From: an uncultured virus (IMG/VR IMGVR_UViG_3300043469_001223)
Taxonomy: Duplodnaviria; Heunggongvirae; Uroviricota; Caudoviricetes
Strand: one strand, 5' to 3'
IMG/VR virus record: IMGVR_UViG_3300043469_001223
Length of the DNA stretch: 64,000 nt
The position numbers and the translations under genes are program-made. This document shows, piece after piece, positions 9,449 through 19,598 of the stretch. Numbering within the stretch: position 1 is the stretch's first letter; each line of letters opens with the position of its first letter. The notes below the pieces were generated by a model, which did not search any database, was not told where the DNA came from, and saw only the letters and a program-made list of their open reading frames with translations.

Positions 9449-12400
9449 ATGAAGCTAGCTATTATAGATATTATCGGCATCCCATACGACGGAACTACGG
9501 TATTCAAACAAGGACTAGGAGGCAGCGAAAGTGCTGTTATCCTAATGAGTAGGGAACTCGCACAAATTGGATTTGATGTTACAGTGTTCAATAACTGTAA
9601 CATTGATCATGCAGTACCTGGCAAGTACGACACAGTAACTTATAGGCCACTTACAGATCTAGCTAACAATCACGAGTTTGATATTGTTATAAGCAGTCGC
9701 ACAATTATTCCATTCACTGATCCGAAAGATTATCCGAGATTAAACGATAATCGCAGTGTACCATTCATGTCTATGAATCTATACGACAGGATTATCAGTA
9801 AAGCTAAAATGCGAGTATTGTGGATGCACGACACATTCTGTCTAGGCGATAACTTGATCGAAGAGCTTGCTGTTGCAGATAGAATTACAGACATCTTTAC
9901 ACTAAGCGATTTCCACCTAACCTATGTTACTAACTGTCATCATGGCCGCAGACGAAACTTCGAAGTACTAAAGCGTAAGATGTTCATCACACGTAACGGT
10001 GTACGCATCTATAATCGCGAAGTGGATATCAAAGCCAAAGATAAGAATTTGTTTGTTTATAATGCATCAGTGACCAAAGGAATGATTCCGCTGGTTAAAA
10101 TGATCTGGCCACATGTCAAGCGACATATACCTGAAGCTAAACTAAAAGTCATAGGCGGCTACTATAGATTTAGCACAAATGCAGAACCTGATCAACAAGA
10201 AAAAGATTGGCGCGAGATGGCTGCTGATCCGCAGCTAGCAGCACAAGGTATAGAATTTACAGGTGTTATACCGCAGAAAGAAATTGCCGATATACTAACT
10301 ACTGCTAACTTCATGCTGTATCCGGCAGCGTTTCCGGAAACCTACGGCATTTCATCAATGGAGAGTTTATGCTACAACACTCCTATCATAACTTGCCGCT
10401 TTGGTGCATTAGAAGAAATTGCAGTGGCAGGTGCTTGTTACTTAATTGACTATGCTATTGAACCCAATGGACTGTTTCCGGATATCAGTGTACCAACACA
10501 GGTTGAACAGTTTGTCAAGACCACGGTAGAAGCATATCGTAATCCGTATCTACATCAACAGAAACAATACTATTGCAACATTGTTAAAGACATTGCGGGT
10601 TGGGACAGTGTAGCACTGCAATGGAAGCAGCATTTTTATAAAAAGACAGGACATTATCTAAGCAGCAGTGACTATCGTGCTGTTAGCAAAATCAACCACA
10701 GACTGCACAAGATTTACAATCGCAAGTTTCATAATACAGTTGAATTAGAAGATTACAAGCCGGGAACAGAGCAACCTATTGTGGTTGTTAGCACATTCTA
10801 CAATTGCAAAAATTATATTGCACGTTGCATCAACAGTATTGCTACACAAGACTACGACAACTATCGATGTATTTTGGTAGACGATGCAAGTACTGATAAT
10901 ACACTGGAAGCATTGTACACTGCACTGTCAGCCTATCCTGCACACATTCGAGCCAAGTTTGAAGTTATTGAAAATCAAAATAACGTAGGCGCAGTAAAAA
11001 ATCAAATAGATACATTTAGAAGTCTACAAGATCCCAATGCTATTGTAATGATACTCGACGGTGACGACAGTCTAGTTAATGACAACACTGTGTTCAGCTA
11101 CTATAACAATGTGTATGACGGCACAACAGAATTTACCTACGGTAGTTGCTGGTCAATGGTTGATAATATTCCATTGATTAGTCAGCCTTATCCCGAGCAC
11201 GTAAAGAACAGCAAAGAATACAGGAATCATCACTTTAATTGGATCTTACCTTACACACACCTACGCACATTTAAACAACAGTTAATTGACGGTCTAGACG
11301 ATAGCCTATTCCAAGATGACACAGGTGCATGGTATAAGGCAGGCGGTGACGGCAGTATTTTCTATGCACTAATCGAAAATGCTGATCCTAGTAAAGTTAA
11401 ATGTCTACAAGATATTGTATATAATTACAATGATGTTAATCCACTCAACGATTACAAAGTAAATGCTATTGAACAAAACGTAGCAGCTAAATCTATTATT
11501 AAAAAAATGAATCCATCTAAAAAAAAGATTCTCATAGCAATTCCAACAGCTCGTAATATTGAACCGGAAACTTTTAAAAGTATCTATGACTTAATCATCC
11601 CCGAGGGCTACGAAGCAACGTTCCAATATTTTTACGGATACAATATTGATCAGGTACGCAACTTGATTGCCGACTGGGTAGTAAAAGGATTTGATTATCT
11701 ATTCAGTGTAGATAGTGATATTAGCTTCCCTCCTAACACACTGTCAAAGTTGCTATCGCACGATAAGGATGTTGTCAGCGGTTTATACATACAACGTAAA
11801 CCTGGATTACATATTTTAGAAATATATGAACACAATCAGAATGGCGGAGTAAGCAATATGCCGTATGAAAAGCTAAAGGGTAGACCTTTAGTTGAAATTG
11901 CCGGCTGTGGATTTGGTTGTGCTCTAGTCAAAGCAGAAGTTATGTGTGAAATAGGTTATCCACAATTTAAGTATTATAGTGCTATCGATCATAGGAACAC
12001 TGTTTCAGAAGATGTAGATTTCTGTCGCAAGGCCCGGGACAAAGGATTTAAAATTTGGGCAGATCCCAGTGTGTTATGCAGCCATACTGGCAGCTTTACT
12101 TTTAATGTAGATAATGCCATTACTGCTGCCCCAGATGTAACACCGTTTAACATACAGGATCGTTTACGGGAGTTAGGAAGTCAACGACTGATTCCTCGTA
12201 ACCATGTAGATTATCTTGCCAAACTCAAGAATGAAGGGTTTGAACCAAAGGTTATATACGATATCGGTGCATGTGTTCTGCACTGGACTAACGAAGCACA
12301 ACGTATTTGGGATCGAGCAAAGTATGTTGTATTTGAAGCAATGGACAGTAGCGAGTTCCTATATAAAGAACGTAATTTGCAATATCATATGGGTGTGCTA

Positions 12401-12817
12401 AGTGACCAGAGTGGCAAAGAAGTTGACTTCTATCAAAATGATGTACATCCGGGTGGCAACAGTTATTACAAAGAAAACGAAGAAGTAAATCCCGAAACAG
12501 TCAACTACTTTAACGAAACACATCGTCGTAGGCTAAAGACAGTGACCCTAGATGCTGTACGCCGCCTTAAAAACTTTCCTCCCCCAGATATGATTAAAAT
12601 GGATGTACAAGGTGCAGAGTTAGATGTGCTAAAGGGTGCTGTAGAAACATTATCCACAGTGAAACATGTTATTCTAGAACTACAGGTTGTAGAATACAAT
12701 AAAGGTGCCCCGTTAAAAGATGATGTAATAGCATATATGGACACACAAGGGTTCGACTGTTTGGGTATCTTTAGCAACAACGGACCCGACGGTGATTATC
12801 ATTTTGTTCGGCGCTAA
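9449..12817 (+). CDS. Multidomain glycosyltransferase (GT-B/GT4-like + GT2 + GT2-like) fused to an FkbM-type methyltransferase
   Basis: GLGGSE...ETYGISSMESL (GT-B); VDDASTD / LDGDD (GT2); FSVDSD...GFGCALVK...SEDVDFC; YDIGA...FEA...KMDVQGAEL (FkbM). Confidence 0.85.
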   Translation: MKLAIIDIIGIPYDGTTVFKQGLGGSESAVILMSRELAQIGFDVTVFNNCNIDHAVPGKYDTVTYRPLTDLANNHEFDIVISSRTIIPFTDPKDYPRLNDNRSVPFMSMNLYDRIISKAKMRVLWMHDTFCLGDNLIEELAVADRITDIFTLSDFHLTYVTNCHHGRRRNFEVLKRKMFITRNGVRIYNREVDIKAKDKNLFVYNASVTKGMIPLVKMIWPHVKRHIPEAKLKVIGGYYRFSTNAEPDQQEKDWREMAADPQLAAQGIEFTGVIPQKEIADILTTANFMLYPAAFPETYGISSMESLCYNTPIITCRFGALEEIAVAGACYLIDYAIEPNGLFPDISVPTQVEQFVKTTVEAYRNPYLHQQKQYYCNIVKDIAGWDSVALQWKQHFYKKTGHYLSSSDYRAVSKINHRLHKIYNRKFHNTVELEDYKPGTEQPIVVVSTFYNCKNYIARCINSIATQDYDNYRCILVDDASTDNTLEALYTALSAYPAHIRAKFEVIENQNNVGAVKNQIDTFRSLQDPNAIVMILDGDDSLVNDNTVFSYYNNVYDGTTEFTYGSCWSMVDNIPLISQPYPEHVKNSKEYRNHHFNWILPYTHLRTFKQQLIDGLDDSLFQDDTGAWYKAGGDGSIFYALIENADPSKVKCLQDIVYNYNDVNPLNDYKVNAIEQNVAAKSIIKKMNPSKKKILIAIPTARNIEPETFKSIYDLIIPEGYEATFQYFYGYNIDQVRNLIADWVVKGFDYLFSVDSDISFPPNTLSKLLSHDKDVVSGLYIQRKPGLHILEIYEHNQNGGVSNMPYEKLKGRPLVEIAGCGFGCALVKAEVMCEIGYPQFKYYSAIDHRNTVSEDVDFCRKARDKGFKIWADPSVLCSHTGSFTFNVDNAITAAPDVTPFNIQDRLRELGSQRLIPRNHVDYLAKLKNEGFEPKVIYDIGACVLHWTNEAQRIWDRAKYVVFEAMDSSEFLYKERNLQYHMGVLSDQSGKEVDFYQNDVHPGGNSYYKENEEVNPETVNYFNETHRRRLKTVTLDAVRRLKNFPPPDMIKMDVQGAELDVLKGAVETLSTVKHVILELQVVEYNKGAPLKDDVIAYMDTQGFDCLGIFSNNGPDGDYHFVRR

Positions 12818-12825
12818 ATACTGCT

Positions 12826-13230
12826 ATGAGAGCACGTCAGTTTATTGTTGAAGGCGCAGAGGAAAATGCCAACGTTGTGGAAATGTTTCAAAAGTTTCTA
12901 CCTCTAGCTATGGAGATCCTTGAAATAGATCAGTTGCCTAAGATGCAGTTTGCCCCGGATCTAAATACAGGCGAGCAGCCCAGCTTTGGTGCATACGTGC
13001 CGAGTGAGAATATGCTGTTAGTTGCCTTAAAGAACCGTCACCCTGTTGACATACTGAGAACAGTGGCACACGAGCTGGTTCATTACAAACAAGATCAGCA
13101 AGGTGAGCTAACGGATACTAGTGGTGAAACAGGTAGTCCGCATGAAAATCAAGCACATGAGATAGCAGGAGTTATTATGCGTAACTTCAATAAACGATAT
13201 CCTAACTATCTAAGAAGCAAGCCACTATAA
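12826..13230 (+). CDS. Zincin-like (HExxH) protein, probably head-packaged
   Basis: LRTVAHELVHYKQ...ENQA motif; MRARQFIVE N-terminus; TAAATA upstream. Confidence 0.65.
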   Translation: MRARQFIVEGAEENANVVEMFQKFLPLAMEILEIDQLPKMQFAPDLNTGEQPSFGAYVPSENMLLVALKNRHPVDILRTVAHELVHYKQDQQGELTDTSGETGSPHENQAHEIAGVIMRNFNKRYPNYLRSKPL

Positions 13231-13256
13231 AAAAAGGACCCGAAGGTCCTTTTTTA
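13229..13256. terminator. Bidirectional intrinsic terminator
   Basis: AAAAAAA-GGACC-CGAA-GGTCC-TTTTTTT. Confidence 0.85.
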
Positions 13257-13303
13257 TTTTCTAGTATATTATTTTATGGGCTATGCCCTAATATTATTAT
13301 AAA

Positions 13304-13573
13304 TTATTTCTTGGCGCCAGCGTTGACAAATGCGTACATTTTTTCTGCTGTTTCAAGAACTTTGTCTAGTCCTGGAAAAGTCGGCATTGCAACAGTACTG
13401 ACGATCTGACCAGTCTTCTCGTCACGAGTAGCAGTCATTTCCCAGCCTTGAAATTTAGCATGGAAATCTTCTTGTACTAGGCTTTTTGCCATGCCTAGAA
13501 TGTCTGTACGGATTTCGTAGCCGTTCTTATTAAATTTAACTTCTGGTAGCTTTGGTGTATTAAAGTCTGTCAT
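13304..13573 (-). CDS. Conserved phage hypothetical protein (89 aa)
   Basis: Start MTDFNTPKLPE after AGGA RBS; NKNGYEIRTDIL..AK motif. Confidence 0.75.
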   Translation of the reverse strand: MTDFNTPKLPEVKFNKNGYEIRTDILGMAKSLVQEDFHAKFQGWEMTATRDEKTGQIVSTVAMPTFPGLDKVLETAEKMYAFVNAGAKK

Positions 13574-13595
13574 ATTTTTTTCCTGTATGTGTGTA

Positions 13596-13850
13596 TTAAG
13601 CCTTAGTAGTGGCTTTTTCTTTAGTCTGTGGAAATGCCTTGTTGGCAAAAGAATCCACGGAATACTTGGCAAGATCAGCGAAGTTCTTAGACAACATCTT
13701 GGCAAATGTAGTCTGAGCATCGATGTATTGGTGTGCCGCTTTGTTCAATGTAGGATCAGTGATGATCTTATCTGTTAAACCACGCTTGGTAGTTTGAAAC
13801 GCATCGATCTGTGCCTCGAGCGTAAAGTATGGTGCAAATGCTGAAAACAT
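13596..13850 (-). CDS. Small helical protein, phasin-like
   Basis: AAGGAG RBS; IDAFQ..K...IDAQT.FAK amphipathic pattern. Family call is tentative. Confidence 0.55.
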   Translation of the reverse strand: MFSAFAPYFTLEAQIDAFQTTKRGLTDKIITDPTLNKAAHQYIDAQTTFAKMLSKNFADLAKYSVDSFANKAFPQTKEKATTKA

Positions 13851-13956
13851 ATTTTTCTCCTTGTGTGTATGTTTGTATAAGCAGTATCATTACTGCCTAA
13901 GTATTTATTATATAGATCTTGTTACGCTGTGTAAAGCGATCTGACAAAATACGATA

Positions 13957-14079
13957 TTACTTGCCAGCCAGTAATGTCTGTGCTTCTTTGTGCATGCCTG
14001 CACGAACCATAGCAGAAGCAGCACGAGCTTGACCAATGCTTAGGCCAATTTCGTATAGAATGTTTAGTAATTTTTTCAT
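13957..14079 (-). CDS. Small hypothetical protein (40 aa, not in ORF track)
   Basis: MKKLLNILYEIGLSIGQARAASAMVRAGMHKEAQTLLAGK*; ATGA overlap with the upstream gene. Confidence 0.6.
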   Translation of the reverse strand: MKKLLNILYEIGLSIGQARAASAMVRAGMHKEAQTLLAGK

Positions 14080-14252
14080 AGATAGTTTTCCTTTTGAGAA
14101 TTAAATTGTCGGACGTAAGTTTCCAACTGTGCGGCATCGGTAATGCCTTTGGTGCTTAGATATGCGTCTAAGCGGCTTTGATAACTAGATCCCGGAAACA
14201 TCTCACTTAAACGTTCCATTAGTCCTAGCATAAATTCTGATATAATTTTCAT
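14076..14252 (-). CDS. Small protein, DUF3563-like (58 aa, not in ORF track)
   Basis: MKIISEFMLGLMERLSEMFPGSSYQSRLDAYLSTKGITDAAQLETYVRQF...; GAGG RBS. Confidence 0.6.
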   Translation of the reverse strand: MKIISEFMLGLMERLSEMFPGSSYQSRLDAYLSTKGITDAAQLETYVRQFNSQKENYL

Positions 14253-14402
14253 ATTTTTTCCTCTGTAAGTGTGGGTAGACTCATGGTTTCTACTGACTCT
14301 GTATTTATATATTAGTGTTTCTACTGAGTTAAAACAAGATAGTATTTTACCAAAATATCTATTATACTTTATTTGAAACTAAATATTGCAAAGGATACTA
14401 AC

Positions 14403-14702
14403 TTGAAAAGAGCCACAAAAAGCCTATTAGAAGAACTAAATTCAATTACGCTTAAGAAAGACGGCGAAGCTATTGTAGAAAGTAGAGCTGCTCATGTCAT
14501 TAATAGCGCAATTAATCTTTTAGCAATCATTAAGGAAAATTTCCCACCTGAGCAGGCGTATGAGTTAGAGCGGCGCCTCTTAAACAGCATCAAAGCAGGT
14601 GATCCTACTAAATTTACTAGGGGTATACGTAAGTTACGTGATAGTAAAGAAACTGCTAAAGGGTTAAAAGTTATCGAGGGTGACCTAAAAGATGACGATT
14701 AA
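14403..14702 (+). CDS. Hypothetical protein
   Basis: AAGGA RBS and TTG start; coherent ORF. Confidence 0.65.
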   Translation: MKRATKSLLEELNSITLKKDGEAIVESRAAHVINSAINLLAIIKENFPPEQAYELERRLLNSIKAGDPTKFTRGIRKLRDSKETAKGLKVIEGDLKDDD

Positions 14703-14795
14703 TCAGTCATTTGAGTAAATTTTTTTCAAAGAGACTAAATAAAAACATAACGAGCTCCATAGGGGAGTTCAAAAACGATTAAGGAGACCATTAAA

Positions 14796-15200
14796 ATGGC
14801 AACATTAACAAACAAAAACGAAAAGGTAGTAGCACCTTTTTACAAGAACGGCGTAACACTACAGTTCTTCCAAATTGACTTCGGCGCAGACGTATCTGCA
14901 ATGTTCGATTCTGACCCAGTTGGATTCCCAAATGCTCCACGCAGCCCAGTTGCTGTTGCTCTAGAAGCAATTGCACAAGTTGCTAGCATCGAAATTATCG
15001 GTGCAGGTGATGCAACTGGCGGTGCTGGTAATGGCCTACGTATTGCTGTTGCAGCAATCGGCGGTGCATACGGTGCTGACACATATGACGGTACAAACAG
15101 CGAAGCTTTCGCTGTTCACCTAGAAGACCTAGTTATTGCCGCTGGTACACACCAGGGTGTTAACCTTGCAAATGCTACCGTAGTTGCTTACGCACTATAA
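14796..15200 (+). CDS. Probable abundant virion structural protein
   Basis: Strong AAGGAG RBS, TAAATA upstream, biased codons, own terminator. Confidence 0.6.
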   Translation: MATLTNKNEKVVAPFYKNGVTLQFFQIDFGADVSAMFDSDPVGFPNAPRSPVAVALEAIAQVASIEIIGAGDATGGAGNGLRIAVAAIGGAYGADTYDGTNSEAFAVHLEDLVIAAGTHQGVNLANATVVAYAL

Positions 15201-15220
15201 TCTAATTACTTAGATAAGAG

Positions 15221-15249
15221 AAGGACGTTTTTTAGCGTCCTTTTTCTTT
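15221..15249 (+). terminator. Intrinsic terminator
   Basis: AAGGACG-loop-CGTCCTT followed by a T-tract. Confidence 0.7.
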
Positions 15250-15281
15250 GACATAAATATCTGTAATTAAATAGGTACTTT

Positions 15282-15707
15282 ATGCAAACCATCGAAATTC
15301 AAACACTTGTAGACATTACAGACACTAAAGTCGCTAGACCCAATCAAGGATCTGTTCTAGCACACGATCAATATCGAAACTTTACAACACTGAGACAATG
15401 TGTTGAGATTAGATCTATTATCAGCTATGACGCTAGTCCAACTGTGGAAACAGTCGACATCAAGGATCTAGGATTTGGATCACAATACAAGGGCAAACAC
15501 AGGGTATGGACATTCCGATTCTATCCAGATCGTAGTGGGGCTTACATAGAAGGAAACAACGAAGTTGGCGCACTACTCGACGATGTCAACGGAGTCCCCG
15601 TTATCCAAAAATTGACAGAAACTATAAATATGGATACGGCCATGTTTGAGTTAAAAAACGCCGCCACTAAAAATACCATCATCAAGGCAATCCAAGGCAA
15701 TAACTAA
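15282..15707 (+). CDS. Hypothetical protein
   Basis: ORF with TAAATA upstream. Confidence 0.65.
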   Translation: MQTIEIQTLVDITDTKVARPNQGSVLAHDQYRNFTTLRQCVEIRSIISYDASPTVETVDIKDLGFGSQYKGKHRVWTFRFYPDRSGAYIEGNNEVGALLDDVNGVPVIQKLTETINMDTAMFELKNAATKNTIIKAIQGNN

Positions 15708-15745
15708 GTAGTAAGTTTCAGTTTTAAAAATTAAGGAGAGCCTCA

Positions 15746-16051
15746 ATGGCAACAACAGTAGAGCGACTTGGTATAGTAGAGACCAAGGTCACTAACTTAG
15801 ATGAAAAATTAGACAATCTTAAAGTCGATGTAAAAGAAATGCACGATTGTCTAGATAAAACTCGTGATGAACTAGGAGTTAAACTTGATACTATGTATCA
15901 GGCCAGTTGCCAGCAGCACGAGGAACTGGCTAAAAAAATATCTGCCATGGAAAGATTAAAAGACAGGTGGATGTATACGTTTGCCGGCGGAATGATAGTA
16001 TTAGGTTGGGCAACAGCACATGCTGACACTATCTTAAAATTTATAAAATAA
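15746..16051 (+). CDS. Coiled-coil protein with C-terminal TM helix (XhlA/holin-like architecture)
   Basis: Heptad pattern, then WMYTFAGGMIVLGWA. Confidence 0.55.
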   Translation: MATTVERLGIVETKVTNLDEKLDNLKVDVKEMHDCLDKTRDELGVKLDTMYQASCQQHEELAKKISAMERLKDRWMYTFAGGMIVLGWATAHADTILKFIK

Positions 16052-16052
16052 C

Positions 16053-16469
16053 ATGCGTATATTCGAACTTCTAGAGCAGATTCAACCAATTGGCAGTGTG
16101 GGCTCAACTGCAGGCACTCCTGGTCAGGTTCCTCAAGTTAGTCAATCATCTGCACCGACCAATACTGATAATAAGGCAACCACAAATCCCGATCAAGAAA
16201 AGATGGCCAAGTTGTTGATGCCACAGGGTATTACAAACCCGGAAGATCTAAACAATGCCACATCCGCTCTGCAAGTTGCCATGCAGAATCCTAAACAATT
16301 AAGGCCTGATCAGCAAGAGCTGTTAGGTAAACTAGTTAATCCTATGATGAAGAATCAAGGATTTGCAACTGCTCTAAAACAATTATCTGCACAAAAGCCA
16401 GGTCAGCCAATGGGACAAAAGCCTGCTACCCTGCCAGGCCAAACAACTCCTGCACAGGGAACAATGTAA
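16053..16469 (+). CDS. Q/P-rich putative internal head protein
   Basis: MRIFELLE N-terminus, low complexity. Confidence 0.55.
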   Translation: MRIFELLEQIQPIGSVGSTAGTPGQVPQVSQSSAPTNTDNKATTNPDQEKMAKLLMPQGITNPEDLNNATSALQVAMQNPKQLRPDQQELLGKLVNPMMKNQGFATALKQLSAQKPGQPMGQKPATLPGQTTPAQGTM

Positions 16470-16470
16470 T

Positions 16471-16680
16471 ATGAAAATTGCACAACTTTTAGACGGTGTT
16501 TCAATTGCACTTACAAATGAAGAACAAAAATTTGTAAAGCGTTTCCCTGAAGCCACTATCAACGCACTAGACGAGCGAGATAAATGGATTGCTCAGAACC
16601 TTGTACGCAAGGGCATCTATGAACTAAGTAATGACAGCCGATCAATTATAAAGAAATTAGATGAAAATAACTTCAGATGA
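16471..16680 (+). CDS. Hypothetical protein
   Basis: ORF in operon; MKIAQLLD start. Confidence 0.6.
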   Translation: MKIAQLLDGVSIALTNEEQKFVKRFPEATINALDERDKWIAQNLVRKGIYELSNDSRSIIKKLDENNFR

Positions 16681-17131
16681 AATTTATTTAAAGATTCAAC
16701 AAATCAGCACTGATGTTAAGGAAACACTTAAACGTCAGGGCATTGTTGTTCCTGTAAAGAAACGTGATGGATCTATTCAAATAGGTTCGTACAGCATCAA
16801 AAAAGAAGGGTCTGGATTTTACTCCATACTGGATTTTAAAAATGAAGTTATACTTAATCGTATAAACTTACCGCAAACCGCAGCAATACAGGCCAACAGG
16901 TTAGCACTGGGCAAGTATATAGATGACAATATAATGCAGGCAGATACAAAATATGGCCATGCACATTTCGATGAAGAATTGCATACTCATTTAGCTGAGC
17001 GCAGCCTAGGTAAAAAAGACCTAGACAAAGCCGAAATGATGTACACAAAGTCAATTATTGCAAGACACAAAAAGAATCAGCACATGTTTGAAGTTAAGAA
17101 AGTCTTCGAGAAACTAATGCGGTTTAGATAA
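16661..17131 (+). CDS. Hypothetical protein
   Basis: ORF in operon. Confidence 0.6.
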   Translation: MKITSDEIYLKIQQISTDVKETLKRQGIVVPVKKRDGSIQIGSYSIKKEGSGFYSILDFKNEVILNRINLPQTAAIQANRLALGKYIDDNIMQADTKYGHAHFDEELHTHLAERSLGKKDLDKAEMMYTKSIIARHKKNQHMFEVKKVFEKLMRFR

Positions 17132-17161
17132 ATAAATTTAACCAATTCTTTCGGAACCACT

Positions 17162-18475
17162 ATGAAGACAACAGATTTTTCAGCTACAATTACTAGTTTT
17201 AAACTAAAGGAAAACATGAATAAAATGTTTGGCCTTAACGTTCATCTTGACAAATATGACAGAGAGCAGCTAGAAGATATGCGTAACAAACTACGCACAA
17301 GGGTGTTCCAACAAGAAGGACGTGCAGGTATTAACGATCTGCTAACTAACGAAACATACCAAAAAGACAAGGCCATGTTGGACTTGCTCAACACAAGGAT
17401 TAAAGAAATGCTAGGTGAAGACATCAAAAAACTACGTGACAAAATGACAGAGCTAAGTGAAGCTAAAAAGGGCGTCAAAGCACCTAAGTACAAGATTCAC
17501 TCACAGGGTACCTCTGCTAAAGACTACGACGGCGATGGCAAGAAAGAAAGCCCTAAGGACGAAGTCTGGGGTAGTCGTGCTAAAGCTGCTGCCAAGTCAG
17601 GCAAGCCATTTGAAGAAGGTAAAGGATCTAAGCCAGACTTCCTCGACATGGACAAAGACGGTAATAAAAAAGAACCGATGAAGAAAGCCGTTAAAGACAA
17701 AAAAGTCAAAGAAGGTTTCCCAACTGTTGACGATGCTAAGAAAGCAGCCGCTGGTACAGCCAGTATGAAAGCAGGCGAGAAGAAGAAGTCAAGCACAGGT
17801 GGCGAGATTACTAAAACTGCTACAGGTCTAAAGCACACAGCAGGCAAGAACTACGGTGGTAAGGATGCTCCTAAAGCACCAGACAGCGATAAGAAAGCTA
17901 AGAAGGCTATGAAAGAAAGCCAATTTAACCACAACGTTCACTTTGTAAATGAGAGCCTACAGTTCTTATTGCAAGAAGACGAAGAAGGCAAGGCCAAGGC
18001 TATCACAGCCGCAGGCGACATGGTCAATGACTTTACAAGTTGGATGCAACGTGTTGGTCAATATCAGACAAAGACAATGATTGAATTGGCTGATGCTATC
18101 AAGGCAGACTTTGGAGCACAAGAAGCAGAAGCATTCAAGGCATCCGTAGGCCCGGCACTGAGCGCAACACTAGAAGTATTGACACAACAGCGTGAAGCAG
18201 TAAGCGGCGCAGTTGCAGTGTTGGCAGGCGAAGCTACTCCAGACATGGGCAATATGGGAATGGAGCCAGGCATGGACGCAGGTATGCCAACAGATGATCC
18301 AAGCATGGATATTGCGGCACCAGACGATATGAATGCACCTGCACCGGCCGGTGACGAGTTTGGTGCTAGTGATGCAGCAGCAGGCATGGGCACAACAGGT
18401 CGAGAAATGCGTGAAAGCCGTTTTGCCCGCAAGTTGGCCGAGTCTCACAGCATTATGTCTAAATTGGCAAAATGA
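17162..18475 (+). CDS. Putative prohead core/scaffold-like protein
   Basis: Lys/Glu-rich; DYDGDGK and DMDKDGN Dx[DN]xDG motifs; several E-cleavage-like sites. Confidence 0.5.
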   Translation: MKTTDFSATITSFKLKENMNKMFGLNVHLDKYDREQLEDMRNKLRTRVFQQEGRAGINDLLTNETYQKDKAMLDLLNTRIKEMLGEDIKKLRDKMTELSEAKKGVKAPKYKIHSQGTSAKDYDGDGKKESPKDEVWGSRAKAAAKSGKPFEEGKGSKPDFLDMDKDGNKKEPMKKAVKDKKVKEGFPTVDDAKKAAAGTASMKAGEKKKSSTGGEITKTATGLKHTAGKNYGGKDAPKAPDSDKKAKKAMKESQFNHNVHFVNESLQFLLQEDEEGKAKAITAAGDMVNDFTSWMQRVGQYQTKTMIELADAIKADFGAQEAEAFKASVGPALSATLEVLTQQREAVSGAVAVLAGEATPDMGNMGMEPGMDAGMPTDDPSMDIAAPDDMNAPAPAGDEFGASDAAAGMGTTGREMRESRFARKLAESHSIMSKLAK

Positions 18476-18810
18476 GATTATTTGAAGTAGACTTAGGAAG
18501 TGCTAGGGATGTCTTAGCAGTTCTTCAAGGACAGGCAAATAGAGCAGGGCAAAGTTCAACTTTGCCTTTTGCTGTTGTCATAAAACTAATTAGACCATTT
18601 GGTTTGGGAATTAGTACTCCAGACGGGTTAATTGCTCTTAAAAATGAAGTAGATCCAGCAGGAGATGTTATTCAAGACATTGATGATCAAGGAAATGTTA
18701 TCCTTAATACAGGCGAAGCAAATCCAAATCAACCACAAGAACCCACAGGTTCCCCGGCAGTAGATGCAATGGCATCTAGCAACGCCAAACAATTATCGCC
18801 AAATATTTGA
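18472..18810 (+). CDS. Hypothetical protein (MRLFE-type N-terminus)
   Basis: ATGA overlap with the preceding gene. Confidence 0.6.
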   Translation: MRLFEVDLGSARDVLAVLQGQANRAGQSSTLPFAVVIKLIRPFGLGISTPDGLIALKNEVDPAGDVIQDIDDQGNVILNTGEANPNQPQEPTGSPAVDAMASSNAKQLSPNI

Positions 18811-18835
18811 CCTTATAAACTTGCGATGCTATAAT
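18807..18835 (+). promoter_or_regulatory. Sigma70-type promoter
   Basis: TTGACC-N17-TATAAT with TG extended -10; 7 nt before ATG. Confidence 0.75.
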
Positions 18836-18842
18836 TATAGTA

Positions 18843-19568
18843 ATGCAAGTTTATACTCCTCCCCCGTTCATTGAACGATTCCAATACAAAAATTGTCAGC
18901 AGATAAATGATCCCGTAACACGGAAACGAGTTTATCAAACACCTGACGGTGAAAAGCTACCCAGCGTAACTACTATCCTCAGTGCCACCAAAGATCAGAC
19001 GCACTTGATTGAATGGCGTAAACGAGTAGGTGCTGAGAAAGCGCAACAGATCACCACAGAGGCAGCAGGCGTAGGTACAGCCATGCACGCCAATTTAGAA
19101 CGATTCCTAATTGGTGAACAGCGACAGCCCGGTAATAACCCAGTGCATGTGCAGGCTAATAAAATGGCTGATATCATCATTGAAAACGGACTGAGTAAAA
19201 TGAACGAAGTATGGGCCATGGAACAGAGCCTGTATTTCCCGGGACTATACAGTGGTACTACTGACCTAGTTGGAGTATTCGAGGATGAGCCAGCAGTATG
19301 CGATCATAAGCAGACTAACAAGCCTAAAAAAGCAGAGTGGGTCGAGGACTATTATGTACAGTTAGTTGCCTATATATTAGCACATAATGAAGTCTACGGA
19401 ACTAACATTCGTAGGGGTGTTATTTTTATGTGCAGCCGCGATTTACAGTATCAGCAGTTTGATCTAAACAAAGACAACTTTAACAAGTACGAAGACATGT
19501 GGTTAGGAAAAGTAGAAGAATACTACACTAAAGGCATGCAGGGCTTAAAGCAAATGCTCACTCAGTAA
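18843..19568 (+). CDS. PD-(D/E)xK exonuclease (Cas4/RecB-like phage exonuclease)
   Basis: LPSVTTIL...GTAMH...E.....YSGTTDL...DHKQ...QLVAY. Confidence 0.8.
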   Translation: MQVYTPPPFIERFQYKNCQQINDPVTRKRVYQTPDGEKLPSVTTILSATKDQTHLIEWRKRVGAEKAQQITTEAAGVGTAMHANLERFLIGEQRQPGNNPVHVQANKMADIIIENGLSKMNEVWAMEQSLYFPGLYSGTTDLVGVFEDEPAVCDHKQTNKPKKAEWVEDYYVQLVAYILAHNEVYGTNIRRGVIFMCSRDLQYQQFDLNKDNFNKYEDMWLGKVEEYYTKGMQGLKQMLTQ

Positions 19569-19598
19569 GATAAATATCCCATAACGGGGATATTTTTT

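Noticed and set aside
18843..19568. Cas4 as evidence of a CRISPR system
   Set aside because: Stand-alone phage PD-(D/E)xK exonuclease without an array or other cas genes.
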